Below are positions 1 through 10,002 of a stretch of 34,146 nucleotides of DNA, in pieces. Within the stretch, counting starts at the first letter, position 1. The number at the start of each line of letters is the position of its first letter. The stretch comes from Octopus sinensis (lineage: Eukaryota): positions 1-34,146 of the forward strand of contig NW_021831893.1 of assembly GCF_006345805.1 (NCBI RefSeq), given 5' to 3'. The translations under genes were made by a program, and so were the position numbers. The notes under the pieces were generated by a model, which worked only from the letters and a program-made list of their open reading frames with translations, made no database searches and was not told the DNA's origin.

Positions 1-268
1 CTGGCAGGAATTAACAGATGTTATCACTTGGAGTGAGACAAAAAATATACTTAACGTTCCGATAATAGGAAATACGATTGTATTGTTCAAGTTTGATACT
101 GAATGGTTATATCCTGGAGAAAACAATAAAGGAAGGAAGGAAAGAAAGAAAGAAGGTAGGAAGAAAACAAAGACGAAAAGAAAGAAAGTAAAGAGCAAAC
201 AAACGAGCAGCGAATCCGGCTCTTCGTGTTGGTGCAAGTAATATACACGAGAAAAAATATAAAGATTT

Positions 269-557
269 CTAAACATAGCAAACAGCTGTTGATATTGGTG
301 GTGATGGTCTAGCTATTGCTGCTGCTGCTGCTGTTGTTGTTGTTGTTGTTAAGCTACAAGACGAGTATGGGTGATTAGGTGGTCTAGAGCTTAGGGGCGG
401 GAGGCCCCAGACATTGGAAAAAAAAAAACTTGGTTGTCTTGTTGTAGTCGAGGGCTCCTCGTTGACGCCCGGCACCACTGGGAGGTGACCCTCGAAGTCG
501 CTGGAAATGGAGATCTCCAGGTCCAAATTCTTGGACGGCTTCTGCTGTTGCTGCTGC

Positions 558-601
<44 letters not shown>

Positions 602-637
602 TTGTTTTCGTGTAGCCCCGTGCGTATTCAAATCCAG
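269..637 (-). CDS. Candidate coding segment of an unidentified host gene (poly-Q followed by KPSKNLDLEISISSDFEGHLPVVPGVNEEP)
   Basis: After the (CAA/CAG)n tract about 27 of 32 codons end in G/C, and the antisense frame (434-733) is also open, as expected for a shadow ORF. No protein family recognised. Frame and boundaries are uncertain because of homopolymers. Confidence 0.3.
541..606. repeat. (CTG/TTG)n trinucleotide microsatellite
   Basis: Directly visible; a second shorter tract lies at ~311-350. Confidence 0.95.
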
Positions 638-696
638 CTAGTGACATGCGATTCATCCTTGAAATGGCTTGGCAGCAGACATAGATATAATCTTAC

Positions 697-708
697 CGAT
701 ATGCTCTG
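697..708 (-). other. Candidate 12-nt (or 9-nt NAGNAG) microexon CAGAGCATATCG
   Basis: On the minus strand: branch-like TTCTCAC (761-755), long polypyrimidine tract (~747-725), TGC (724-722), GGCAG|CAG acceptor, then GTAAGA donor (696-691). Confidence 0.3.
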
Positions 709-1030
709 CTGCCACACAGCGGCAGGAAAATAAGAAGGAAAAAAAATGCTTAAAGTGAGAATAAATGCATTTCAAAATTACTTTAAAACTTCGATCTGTC
801 CAAGTTCGAAAGAAACTATTAAGGGCAGTAATTACTACAATTTATAATTATATTGCACCAGAATTTTGATTGAGGCATTTTTTGCCGAAATATCAGCGAT
901 GTAAATATTATATTTATTGAGATCAAAATAAATTTCTTCTTACAGAACGGTACTCTTTCTTTTCTTTTCTTTTTCTTTTTGTTTTTTGTTTGATTGCTTT
1001 TTTTTTTGCTTGTTGCTTACTTGTTTCAGT

Positions 1031-1049
1031 GGAGGCGCGTGGCTTAGTG
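1031..1049 (+). mobile_element. Truncated tRNA-derived SINE head (A-box fragment)
   Basis: GGAGGCGCGTGGCTTAGTG closely matches the SINE heads at 28746 and 29061. Confidence 0.45.
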
Positions 1050-1174
1050 CATATATATATGCATATATAGAGAGATATAGATATATATATATACATATAT
1101 ATATGTAGGTATGTAAGTGCATATACATACATACTTATATATATATATATACATACATATATATATTATTATAT

Positions 1175-1212
<38 letters not shown>

Positions 1213-1397
1213 TATATATATAATAATAAATATTAGGGAATAAATCCAAATTACAGGGGAACAGGAAAAATCAGATTTAGGATTAAATCGATTTTATAGT
1301 ATATAAATTTATGTATTGATTAAGTCTTTCCTTGTTTGTTTGCCAAAATAGTGGTTTTGTTCGAATAATATTTTATATATATATATATATACATACA

Positions 1398-1437
<40 letters not shown>

Positions 1438-1472
1438 ATAGATAATTATAATATATTAATATATATATATAG

Positions 1473-1510
<38 letters not shown>
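1050..1510. repeat. (TA)n-rich microsatellite field with an embedded ~150-bp non-repetitive fragment (~1225-1375)
   Basis: Directly visible; forms the left flank of the Penelope-like element. Confidence 0.9.
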
Positions 1511-1513
<3 letters not shown>

Positions 1514-1568
1514 AATGAAAAAGCAAGTCAAAATAGAAAATGCTAAGATAATTTTATAGTGAATCTTT

Positions 1569-1605
1569 CAGTACCGGTTTCGGTCATTTGAGACCTTTTC
1601 AACTG
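1569..1605 (-). ncRNA. Minimal type I hammerhead ribozyme motif, U3:A8 core variant
   Basis: CAG-TTGAAAA-GGTC(TCAAAT)GACC-GAAA-CCGG-TA-CTG: helix I CAG/CTG, 4-bp helix II, palindromic ACCGGT helix III, GUA cleavage triplet. Confidence 0.7.
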
Positions 1606-1959
1606 TAACGATTAAATAATTAATTTAGAAAATAGAAGAAAAGTTTTTTTAAAAGAATATTTCTGTAGTAGTGTTCAGATATAAGTAGCATTCTGCCTTT
1701 CTCTGACTCCCTTGTTTGCACTTGTGTGTTCGAGGTCGTTTTGAGTTCTTGGTAGGATAGGTGAAGAATAAGGAGGCTGATGTGGAGAGGGGGTGGGGGA
1801 TGGGGAATCTGGGAATGCCTTAATGGTCGTATTTTGAATGGTCAGTGGCTGACAGTAGTCGCAGTTCAATTCAGGAATTGTTTATGGAATTTGCGTAGGC
1901 GTTATACTTTGAGAAAGACATTAGTGACAGGTTTAAGGGGTGGAAGGTGGAGAAGTAGA

Positions 1960-2230
1960 AGAAGAAGATGACGATGATGATTTGATGCTGATGATTTGAA
2001 GAGAAGAGAAGAAAAGAAGAAGAAGAAGAAGAAGAAGAAGAAGAAGAAGGAGAAGGAAAGATGGTGTGGTGAAGTGGTGATGTGATGAGGGTGGTGTTTT
2101 GATGATGATGATGACGACGATTGTGATGAGTAATGATTGATGATGAAGAAGAAGAAGAAGAAGAAGAAGAAGAAGAAGAAGAAGAAGAAGAAGAAGAAGA
2201 AAAGAAGAAGAAGAAGAAAAAAAAAAAACA
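1960..2230. repeat. (GAA)n/(GAT)n tract inside the PLE 3' region (mirrored as (CTT)n/(CAT)n at ~5690-5950)
   Basis: Directly visible in both arms; explains the poly-K/E and poly-M track ORFs. Confidence 0.95.
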
Positions 2231-2339
2231 GAGAAGGGAGAATATGAATGGGTGAACGTATAGCTGTGATGGGGCTGATTAGTAATGGATTCTATGGAGT
2301 GTAATATTTGTGTGTGTATATATTTCTTTTATTCTAAAG

Positions 2340-4666
2340 TTGAGGTATATTAATTTTTGTCGTAGACCCGTTAAGAAGTGGCTTGTATTTTGTAATAAAG
2401 AGATTTTCTTTACTTATTCGGTCTCGAGGTTGTATCGTCCCTAAATTGGTAGAGGGGGAAAATCCTGAAGTTTGGTGTTTTTTTTGTTGCGCAAGTATCT
2501 ATGTGTTGGCTAAAAGCTATTTTTCTGTTTTGGGGAATTTTTTTCTGGGATCTGTGCAGGGCCATTCGTTTACGCAAACCATTTGTTGTTGGGCCTATGT
2601 ACTGCTCTTGACACCCGGAGCAGGTTAGTGAGTATATTAGGTTCTCCGAAGCACATGTGAAGTTGCTTTTCACTGTAACCGTTGTCCCTGTTTTGAAGGA
2701 GAACTCTGATCCCTCAATTAGATAGTCGCATATCCCGCAATTGGGTCTTCCACATTTTTTTACTGTCGGCTTCTTTCTGTGTTGAAGAGTGAATGTTCGG
2801 GCTTGTGTAAGGAGACTTTTCATGGATCTAGGCTGTCTTTTGCTTTTTATGATCGTGTGTGTTTGGAGGATTGTGTTCATTCTGTGGTTCTTTTTTTAGG
2901 AGGGGTTGTTGTGGGAGGATGGTGTCGAGGGCTTCGTTATTGAGAGGGTTGTGTGTGGAGATGTATGGTAAGGCTTTTGGTTGTAAGTTTTTCTTTGATT
3001 TGGGATGTCTCAGTCCTTGATGTTAAGTTGAAGGGCACGTTGAATGCACTTGTCAATAGTGAAGGTGGATAGTTTCCTGGTGATAAGGGTATCTTTTAGA
3101 GTTCTTGTAGTCGTGTGTCTCTGGTGTTTGCGTTAGAGACTATAGTGCATATCCTTTTTGCTAGATGGAGGGGATATTCATCCTGGTGTGTCTGGGGTGG
3201 CAAGAATTGAATGGAAGATATTGCTTAGAGTCTGTAGGCTTATAGTATATGTCTGTTCTATTATATATTAGCTTTCTTAATGAGGATATCGAGGAAGGGG
3301 AGTTGTTGCTGGCTATATTCCATCGTGAATTGGATGTTTACGTCCAGTCCGTTTAAAATTTCCTGGAATTCTATATGAGTTTTTCTATATTTTTATGCCA
3401 AAGGATGAAACAGTCATCTAGATATCTCTCCAGTTGTTTTCTATGTAGATGGAGAAAGGGCTGCCATATCTTCTAGAACCTTACGATACAGACTGATCTC
3501 TAGGTATCCTATGACTAGGGGCAAAGGAGGGGGCCATTCGTGTACCCATCGCAGTCCCCGATTTTTGTCGGTAGAAGTTGTCATTGAAGGCGAAGAAGTT
3601 ATTTTCCAGGATGAATTTAACCCTTCTATCACAAATTCTTTTTTGATGCGGTGTGGTGTAGTTCGTTGGCGTGATTCTCTAGCCAGAATTGGATTGCCTC
3701 TAGTGCTAGGTTGTGGGGGATATTGTGAGTAGAGGTTGACTACATCGAAGGATACCAGTATGGTGTTTTTGTTTATAGTATTCGGTAGGTGATTGAGCAT
3801 CTAAGTCGTCCCTTATATAGCTTTTGACATGTTTGAGGAGTGGTTTTAACAGGGTGTCTAAAAAGTTACTGAGACGGTGGGTTTCGCATGCGGGACCTGC
3901 TATTATGGGTCTCAATTTGAGGTCATTAGGATTAGGGACTTTAATTATTTTGTCTGTAGCTATCTTGCATGCGTTGCTTATTTTTTCACTTTTGTGGATC
4001 TTAGGTATACCGTAGAATTGGCTAGTTTTACTTGTGAAATTGGTCATATAATCATATTCTTTGTCGGTGAGCCTGCTTTGTATGGGTTTAATATGGATTT
4101 TAGTTCCCTCATTATTTTTTGTTGACTGTAGTTTGTGCCTTTTCATAGCATGTTGTGTCTTCCAGCATAGAAAGTACCAAAGTTATGTAAAATGTCGTAT
4201 CCATTAAGACAACAGCTCCCTTTATCGGCCTCTTTGATTGTTATTGTTTTATCTTGTTTTAATTTGTTCAACTCAGCCATTCTTTTTTGCTGAAGTTTGG
4301 TTTGTGTTTTTGTTTGTGCATATGTTGATATGGGTAATTAGATATGTGGTCACAGAAATCATCAATGTTTTGTTCTTACCTTTCGAGGGGGTGTAGTTAC
4401 TCCTATTTCTGGCTAACGATTCGTCCTCGTTGTATTTATCGTATAGCTCCTCAGTAAGTCTTAATTTTCTGCAGAATTCTGCGATGTCTTCTTTCATTTC
4501 GTTGTAGTTGGGGTGTTGTGGGTGGGTGGTAAACTTGAGTCCTTTGGAAAGTATGTTTATTTGGTTTGCTGTTAGTTCCTTGTGAGTTAGATTGATAATT
4601 GTATTACTTTTGGTTCCTCCTGCTTGTTTGGTGCTATCTTGTGTCTCTGTGTTTGCGTATTGGGTC
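2340..4666 (-). pseudogene. PLE pol ORF: reverse transcriptase + Cys-rich linker + GIY-YIG endonuclease (frameshifted as assembled)
   Basis: IINLT..LT..ILSKGLKF (N-terminus), FYGIPKIHK, KLRPIIAG, LVSFDVVNLY, RYLDD (YLDD at 3424-3413), then CGRPNCGICD...FTCASENLIYSLTCSGCQEQYIG. Split across track ORFs 4273-4497, 3706-4146, 3441-3800 and 2410-2880. Confidence 0.92.
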
Positions 4667-5160
4667 TAAAAAATGAATGCGGTGGTTGGGACGGTAGCTA
4701 TTATATAGTTGTTCTTTGTTGATGTGGGGTCTCCTGTTGTGATTTATGGTGTGTGTTCTTGGAGCAGTATTGAGGAGAGCATCCCGATATCCCATATTCG
4801 GGTGTGGTGTTCTAGGGGGCCTTCGTTGGTAATCATTGTAAGTGGAGTGGGTTTGTTGTGCATGGTTGTTTAACCGGTTTATGGGGCGGAGATTTCGTTG
4901 GTAACTCTTTTGGGTGGGGATAAGGTTGCAGTGTCTATGCTGTGGGTGTTGATTTATCCTTTCTCTGCTTGAAGTGGGGGTATTCCTGATATTGTAACGC
5001 TGGCTGCTTACAGAGTTAGGGTTAGGTCCTGTATTCTTTTTTTGAAAGTAGTGAAGGTTCCGATTTTTAGACAGGTGTGTATCGGTGTTTGGGTGTTGTT
5101 TTGGTTTTCTTATTTTCTGGAAAGGGTTGTTGGAGGCGTGCTCTGTTTGAAAGACGGCTT
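4634..5160 (-). CDS. 5'-truncated upstream ORF (ORF1-like) of the PLE, ~175 stop-free codons ending ...YRDALL...HRIHFLDPIRKHRDTR*
   Basis: Hand translation finds no stop from the inversion junction to TAG at 4636-4634. Missed by the ORF track because it lacks an early start codon. N/H/R/P/Q-rich low-complexity protein. Confidence 0.65.
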
Positions 5161-5161
5161 C

Positions 5162-6328
5162 AAGCCGACAGTAAAAAAATGTGGAAGACCCAATTGCGGG
5201 ATATGCGACTATCTAATTGAGGGATCAGAGTTCTCCTTCAAACAGGGACAACGGTTTACAGTGAAAAGCAACTTCACATGTGCTTCGGAGAACCTAATAT
5301 ACTCACTAACCTGCTCCGGGTGTCAAGAGCAGTACATAGGCCAAACAAAAAATGGTTTGCGTAAACGAATGGCCCTGCACAGATCCCAGATAAATTCCCC
5401 AAAACAGAAAAATAGCTTTTAGCCAACACATAGATACTTGCGCCAACAAAAAAAACACCAAACTTCAGGATTTTCCCCCTCTACCAATTAGGGACGATAC
5501 AACCTCGAGACAACGAATAAGTAAAGAAAATCTCTTTATTACAAAATACAAGCCACTTCTTAACGGGTCTACGACAAACAATTAATATACCTCAACTTTA
5601 GAATAAAAGAAATATATACACACACAAATATTACACTCCATAGAATCCATTACTAATCAGCCCCTCACAGCTATACTTTCACCATTCATATTCTCCTTCT
5701 CTGTTTTTTTCTTCTTCTTCTTCTTCTTCTTCTTCTCTTTCTTCTTCTTCTTCTTCATCTTTTTCTTCTTCTTTCTTCTTCTTCTTCTTCTTTTTCTTCT
5801 TCTTCTTCTTTTTCTCTTCTTCTTCTTTCTTCTTTTTCTTCTTCTTCTTCTTCTTCATCATCATCGTCATCAACATCATCATCATCACCCCATCATCACC
5901 ACCATCTTCTCCCTTCTCCTTCTTCTTCTTCTTCTTCTTCTTTCTTCTTCATCTCATCATCTCAACATCGTCATCTTCTTCTTCTACTTCTCCACCTTCC
6001 CACCCCTTAACCTTGTCACTAATGTCTTCAGTATAACGCCACGCCAATTCCATAACAATTCCTGATTGAACTGCGACTACTGTCAGCCACTGACCATTCA
6101 AAATACGACCATTAAGGCATTCCCAGATTCCCCACCCCCTCTCCACATCAGCCTCCTATTCTTCACCTATCCTACCAAGAAACTCAAAAAAACTTTTCTT
6201 CTAATTTTTTCTAAATTTAATTATTTAATCGTTACAGTTGAAAAGGTCTCAAAATGACCGAAACCGTACTGAAAGATTCACTATAAAATTATCTTAGCAT
6301 TTTCTATTTTTGACTTGCTTTTTTTCAT
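5162..6328 (+). mobile_element. Inverted arm of the PLE: partial GIY-YIG domain + 3' UTR/pseudo-LTR
   Basis: KPTVKKCGRPNCGICDYLIEG...QYIGQTKNGLRKRMALH on +, followed by the same (CTT)n/(CAT)n tract and terminal sequence as the left arm. Confidence 0.92.
6235..6271 (+). ncRNA. Second copy of the U3:A8 minimal hammerhead motif (right arm)
   Basis: CAG-TTGAAAA-GGTC(TCAAAAT)GACC-GAAA-CCG-TA-CTG; one G is missing from helix III relative to the left copy. Confidence 0.6.
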
Positions 6329-6344
6329 ATATATCAACTCGTGT

Positions 6345-6418
6345 GTTCCTTTCCACCCTAATACATATATATATATATAATATATATACATATATATATA
6401 TATATATATTATATATTA

Positions 6419-6514
<96 letters not shown>

Positions 6515-6535
6515 CATGCATATACATACGTACAT
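6345..6535. repeat. (TA)n microsatellite, right flank of the PLE
   Basis: Directly visible. Confidence 0.95.
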
Positions 6536-7045
6536 ACGACGTGTTTCTTTCAGTTTCCTTTACCAAATGCTTTGGTTGGCCCGGTATTGTTTTTAACATC
6601 TTACCATACACCTACACCGGTACATATACATATTACATATTATATTCGAAGAGGATCATTCTCTTATGTGTGGTAATTATTTTCATTATTTGGCTAGTCC
6701 TTTGTTTAGTTTTTTCTTTCGTTGTTTGTGCCAGTTTATATGCTGGTTAGGTTACTGTCGCTTTCAGTAATGTGATTCAACCAATTTCTCGTCTTCTACT
6801 GTTTTCCTGATTATTATCATGTTGCCGTTTTCATTGCTCAGTTTGTTGGTCGCTTTCTTTTTCATTGGTTGGTTCAATTTGAGAATCCGGTTTCTCTGAA
6901 TTGTTATTCTAAATTAACATACGGAACCGATTAAGACAAACAAGATAGCTTATAAATTGATCAATGCAACAGACATCACGTGATAATAGTTCAGATCTCA
7001 GTTGAAGGATAATACTTAGCGACACCAGATACAGCACCAATATAT

Positions 7046-7201
7046 TGTATGTATGTATGTATGTATGTATGTATGTATGTATGTATGTATGTATGTATGT
7101 ATATGTATGTGAATGTGAATGAAACTGGAACGATGGAAACTGAGCTCAGGACCGTCGGATTGATTGTATGAATTGAAAAAGTATGTATGTATGTATGTAT
7201 G

Positions 7202-7235
<34 letters not shown>

Positions 7236-7340
7236 TGTATGTATGTATGTATGTATGTATGTATGCATGTATGTATGTATGTATATATGTATATATGTAT
7301 GTATTTATGTATGTATGTATGAATGTATGTATGTATGTAT
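7046..7340. repeat. Two (TATG)n tetranucleotide arrays
   Basis: Directly visible at ~7046-7110 and ~7183-7340. Confidence 0.95.
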
Positions 7341-7438
7341 ACACAGACATCTCAAAAGTAAATAGACACCATCGTTTTAAAAAATCTATTTCTCCTTTTT
7401 TTTCTTTTGGACATTTCCGGCCCCGAAGAAAAGGTTAC

Positions 7439-7620
7439 CTTCGAGCTGCTCTGTCATAGCTAAGCTGATGGAGATGCATGCCTTGGAGATACCTCACAAA
7501 AGTACCTCGTCTCAACTGGAGTTTCTCTGCAGCATCACCTGCCTTACAGCGAGGATTATTTTCAACAATCCACTTGGTAGCCCGAAGACACCGGGCAGGG
7601 GTCCTGGGGCGGCGGGATTT
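7439..7620 (-). pseudogene. HTH-like coding fragment, probably a Tc1/mariner transposase remnant
   Basis: RRPRTPAR...WIVENNPRCKAGDAAEKLQLRRGTFVRYLQG resembles the GRPR + second HTH region of Tc1/mariner transposases (L.ENPR.T.RE.AE.L..S..TV.RHL). No TIRs seen. Confidence 0.3.
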
Positions 7621-8520
7621 GAACTCAAGGTGCAGAGAGTGGGATCAAATAATTAACGATATACAAGGAATTTATTGTCTCTATGTAATCACTCACTAAC
7701 GCTAAATAACGGGTATGTAAGCACTCCAACACTGGTTGTCAAGCGATGGAGGGAGACAAACACAGACGGAAATTAAACGGAAATTAAAAAAATTAAATAC
7801 CATAGATATAATTCCCCTTGTGGAACGAGACGCAAATTCTACAGCGGTGGGATTCGAATGCCGAATGCAATGAAATTGACCCACAAAATTTATGCGGTAC
7901 TCTTCCAATTCTAACTTCGATCACTCCATGAAATCAAAAGCAATATTGATCTTTTAACGTAAGCTAACGTCTGTAAATATCTGGTGACGTTGGGTAATAA
8001 GCAATCAAATAAACCTCAGTATGTGACTGATATCTTATTTTATCACTGCCACGACCACCAGCATAGAAGGATATAAGGTTAAAATCGACCAAGACGTGAC
8101 ATAATATCTGAATATAGGGAATTTAAATACCACAAGTATTTAGTCTGAAGATGCCATCCATCGATCTTTGAAAGCTGAGCTAGTACTGATTTTTATCATA
8201 GCTAACAAGGCTTCGATTTTGGTGGATTGATATATTCGATGATATTCATTCCAGAACACAGCTAGTACGAGTCCGGAATGCCGAAAAGCGGAAGTAGACC
8301 TAGTTGAGTATTGAACTCAGGGTGTAAACGTACAAAGCCTTTGTCCAATACTCTATCGCTTCTTCTAGAGCTGGCTTAAAATTATCGACCCTGCTTGTTT
8401 ACTCAAATAATGAGGTTACATACACTGGATATATTTAGCTCGCTCATAGCAGCTACAAAGGGAAAAAAAGTAAATATACATGAGTATTAATAAATATTTT
8501 ATTGTCACTCGATTTTAGTC

Positions 8521-8580
8521 ATGTTAAATTATGCTAATTCATGTTAAGTTATGTTAATTTATGTTAAATCATGTTAAACT
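8521..8580. repeat. Six-unit 10-bp minisatellite (ATGTTAAnTY)
   Basis: atgttaaatt atgctaattc atgttaagtt atgttaattt atgttaaatc atgttaaact. Confidence 0.85.
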
Positions 8581-8962
8581 ATTCTCTTCTCAAATGAACA
8601 GCAAAATCTCTTTTTATTATTCATTCACTAATGTTGACCATCATTCTTATACTAACATCATTGACCATACTACCACTACACTGACCATCACTATTCTACC
8701 AATCATACTGGCTATTATCCTTTTGCCAAATCTTCTGGCCATTGCAATTTTACTCATTCCCCTGACCATCACTGGTGAAGCCGAAATGGGAGCTTCTGTG
8801 TGGTCGCTCGATCTGCTACAAATTGCACGTAAATGACTTTCAAATCACATCCATTGATTAATGTAACCTTGAATTCCTTGCATATAGGAAAATGATAGGA
8901 TTGTCTCGGGTGGAATACCTTTGATCACATGTCTGCCTAATAAGAGCTGACATGGACTACAC

Positions 8963-9070
8963 CAGTCATGGCCAGCCTGCGACCCGCGAGATTTTCTGAA
9001 TGACACGCCTGCGGCTCGCTTGATGAGGAGTTATATCTCATGTGGCCCGCTTGAAGATGAGCCACGCCTC
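8963..9070. mobile_element. Degraded hAT-type MITE remnant
   Basis: CAGTCATGGCCAGCCTGCGACCCGCGAG resembles hAT (Charlie/SPIN-like) termini CAGGGGTGGCCAACCTGCGGCCCGCG. Right end is poorly preserved. Confidence 0.4.
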
Positions 9071-9469
9071 ATGCAACTCGCTTCTCGAAAATATTGCTCA
9101 TGCCTGGTCCAAACAGCAACAACCATATCAGTCTTTGTTCGACCAGTTCTAGTGGTACGAGTTAATGAGTGATAGCAAAAATGACCGGATGTTGAGGCGT
9201 GTATTTCCTTCTCTAGATGCTTAGGTAACATAAGTGGAGTGAAGAAGATACAGCAGAGAATCGAAATTGAATCACGTTCAGGATGTGCTGCAAATGTGAC
9301 TTCAAACTACCCGGTACACACCCATTATACCTCAATAAGAGGTTCCTGATGTTAGTTTTCACTGAGTAGACTTCGCCCCATTTTTATGCATAATCTATTT
9401 AGTAATACGTTATTCAATGTATCCTTCGATTTTTAAGATAGAAAGATAATATTCTTTTTATTTTGAAGG

Positions 9470-9590
9470 GAGGGGCAGTTGATTATATTGATCCCATTTC
9501 TCGACTGGTATTTATTTTATCGACTCCGAAAGAATGATCTCAGCGGAATTTAAACTCAGAACATGCTGTTAAAGCATTTTCTTCGGCGTT
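9470..9590 (+). mobile_element. Old SINE remnant (antisense tRNA-like part)
   Basis: GTTGATTATATTGATCCC...CTGGTATTTATTTTATCGAC...GGAATTTAAACTCAGAAC; related fragments at ~7610-7650, ~8290-8350, ~16340-16380, ~17650-17730 and ~27820-27970. Confidence 0.6.
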
Positions 9591-9891
9591 ATACTAGTGC
9601 GGTATTTGAATATTTCTAGCAGGTAAAGCGACCACATACAAGCTCCTTCTTTGCTTTCTGTGTAAGACAACATAGCAGCCGACATGCCCTTTATATGTAA
9701 ATGATTGGTGTCTTCACTAATTAGATAGTGGTGTTTTGACAAGTTGTGAATGAAATGGGTGTAGTCATTGAAATTTGCTTGCGGTAACGTGTGAATGTGC
9801 GTGTGTATTTGTGTGTGTATACGTTATTGATTTGACAATATGCAAATGGGCTATAATTTCCTTTACAACACACACACACACACACACACTC

Positions 9892-9944
<53 letters not shown>

Positions 9945-9962
9945 TATATATATTTTACATAT

Positions 9963-10002
<40 letters not shown>

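Larger units (their letters stand above)
1515..6328 (-). mobile_element. Penelope-like retroelement (Neptune-type) with ~1.2 kb inverted terminal arms, inserted in (TA)n
   Basis: RT and GIY-YIG motifs on the minus strand. 1515-2772 is the reverse complement of 5162-6328. (TA)n on both flanks, no TSD seen. Confidence 0.93.

Noticed and set aside
434-733. Plus-strand Leu-rich ORF
   Set aside because: Antisense shadow of the minus-strand poly-Q frame.
1675-1869. MNCDYCQP... ORF present in both arms
   Set aside because: It starts at TTG, diverges between arms at the 88-nt indel, and has no domain evidence.
5005-5017. GTTAGGGTTAGG, telomere-like
   Set aside because: Only two units and inside the PLE upstream ORF (encodes PNPN); consistent with chance.
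5679-5888. Lys/Glu-rich ORF
   Set aside because: Translation of the (GAA)n tract in the PLE 3' region; not preserved in frame in the other arm.
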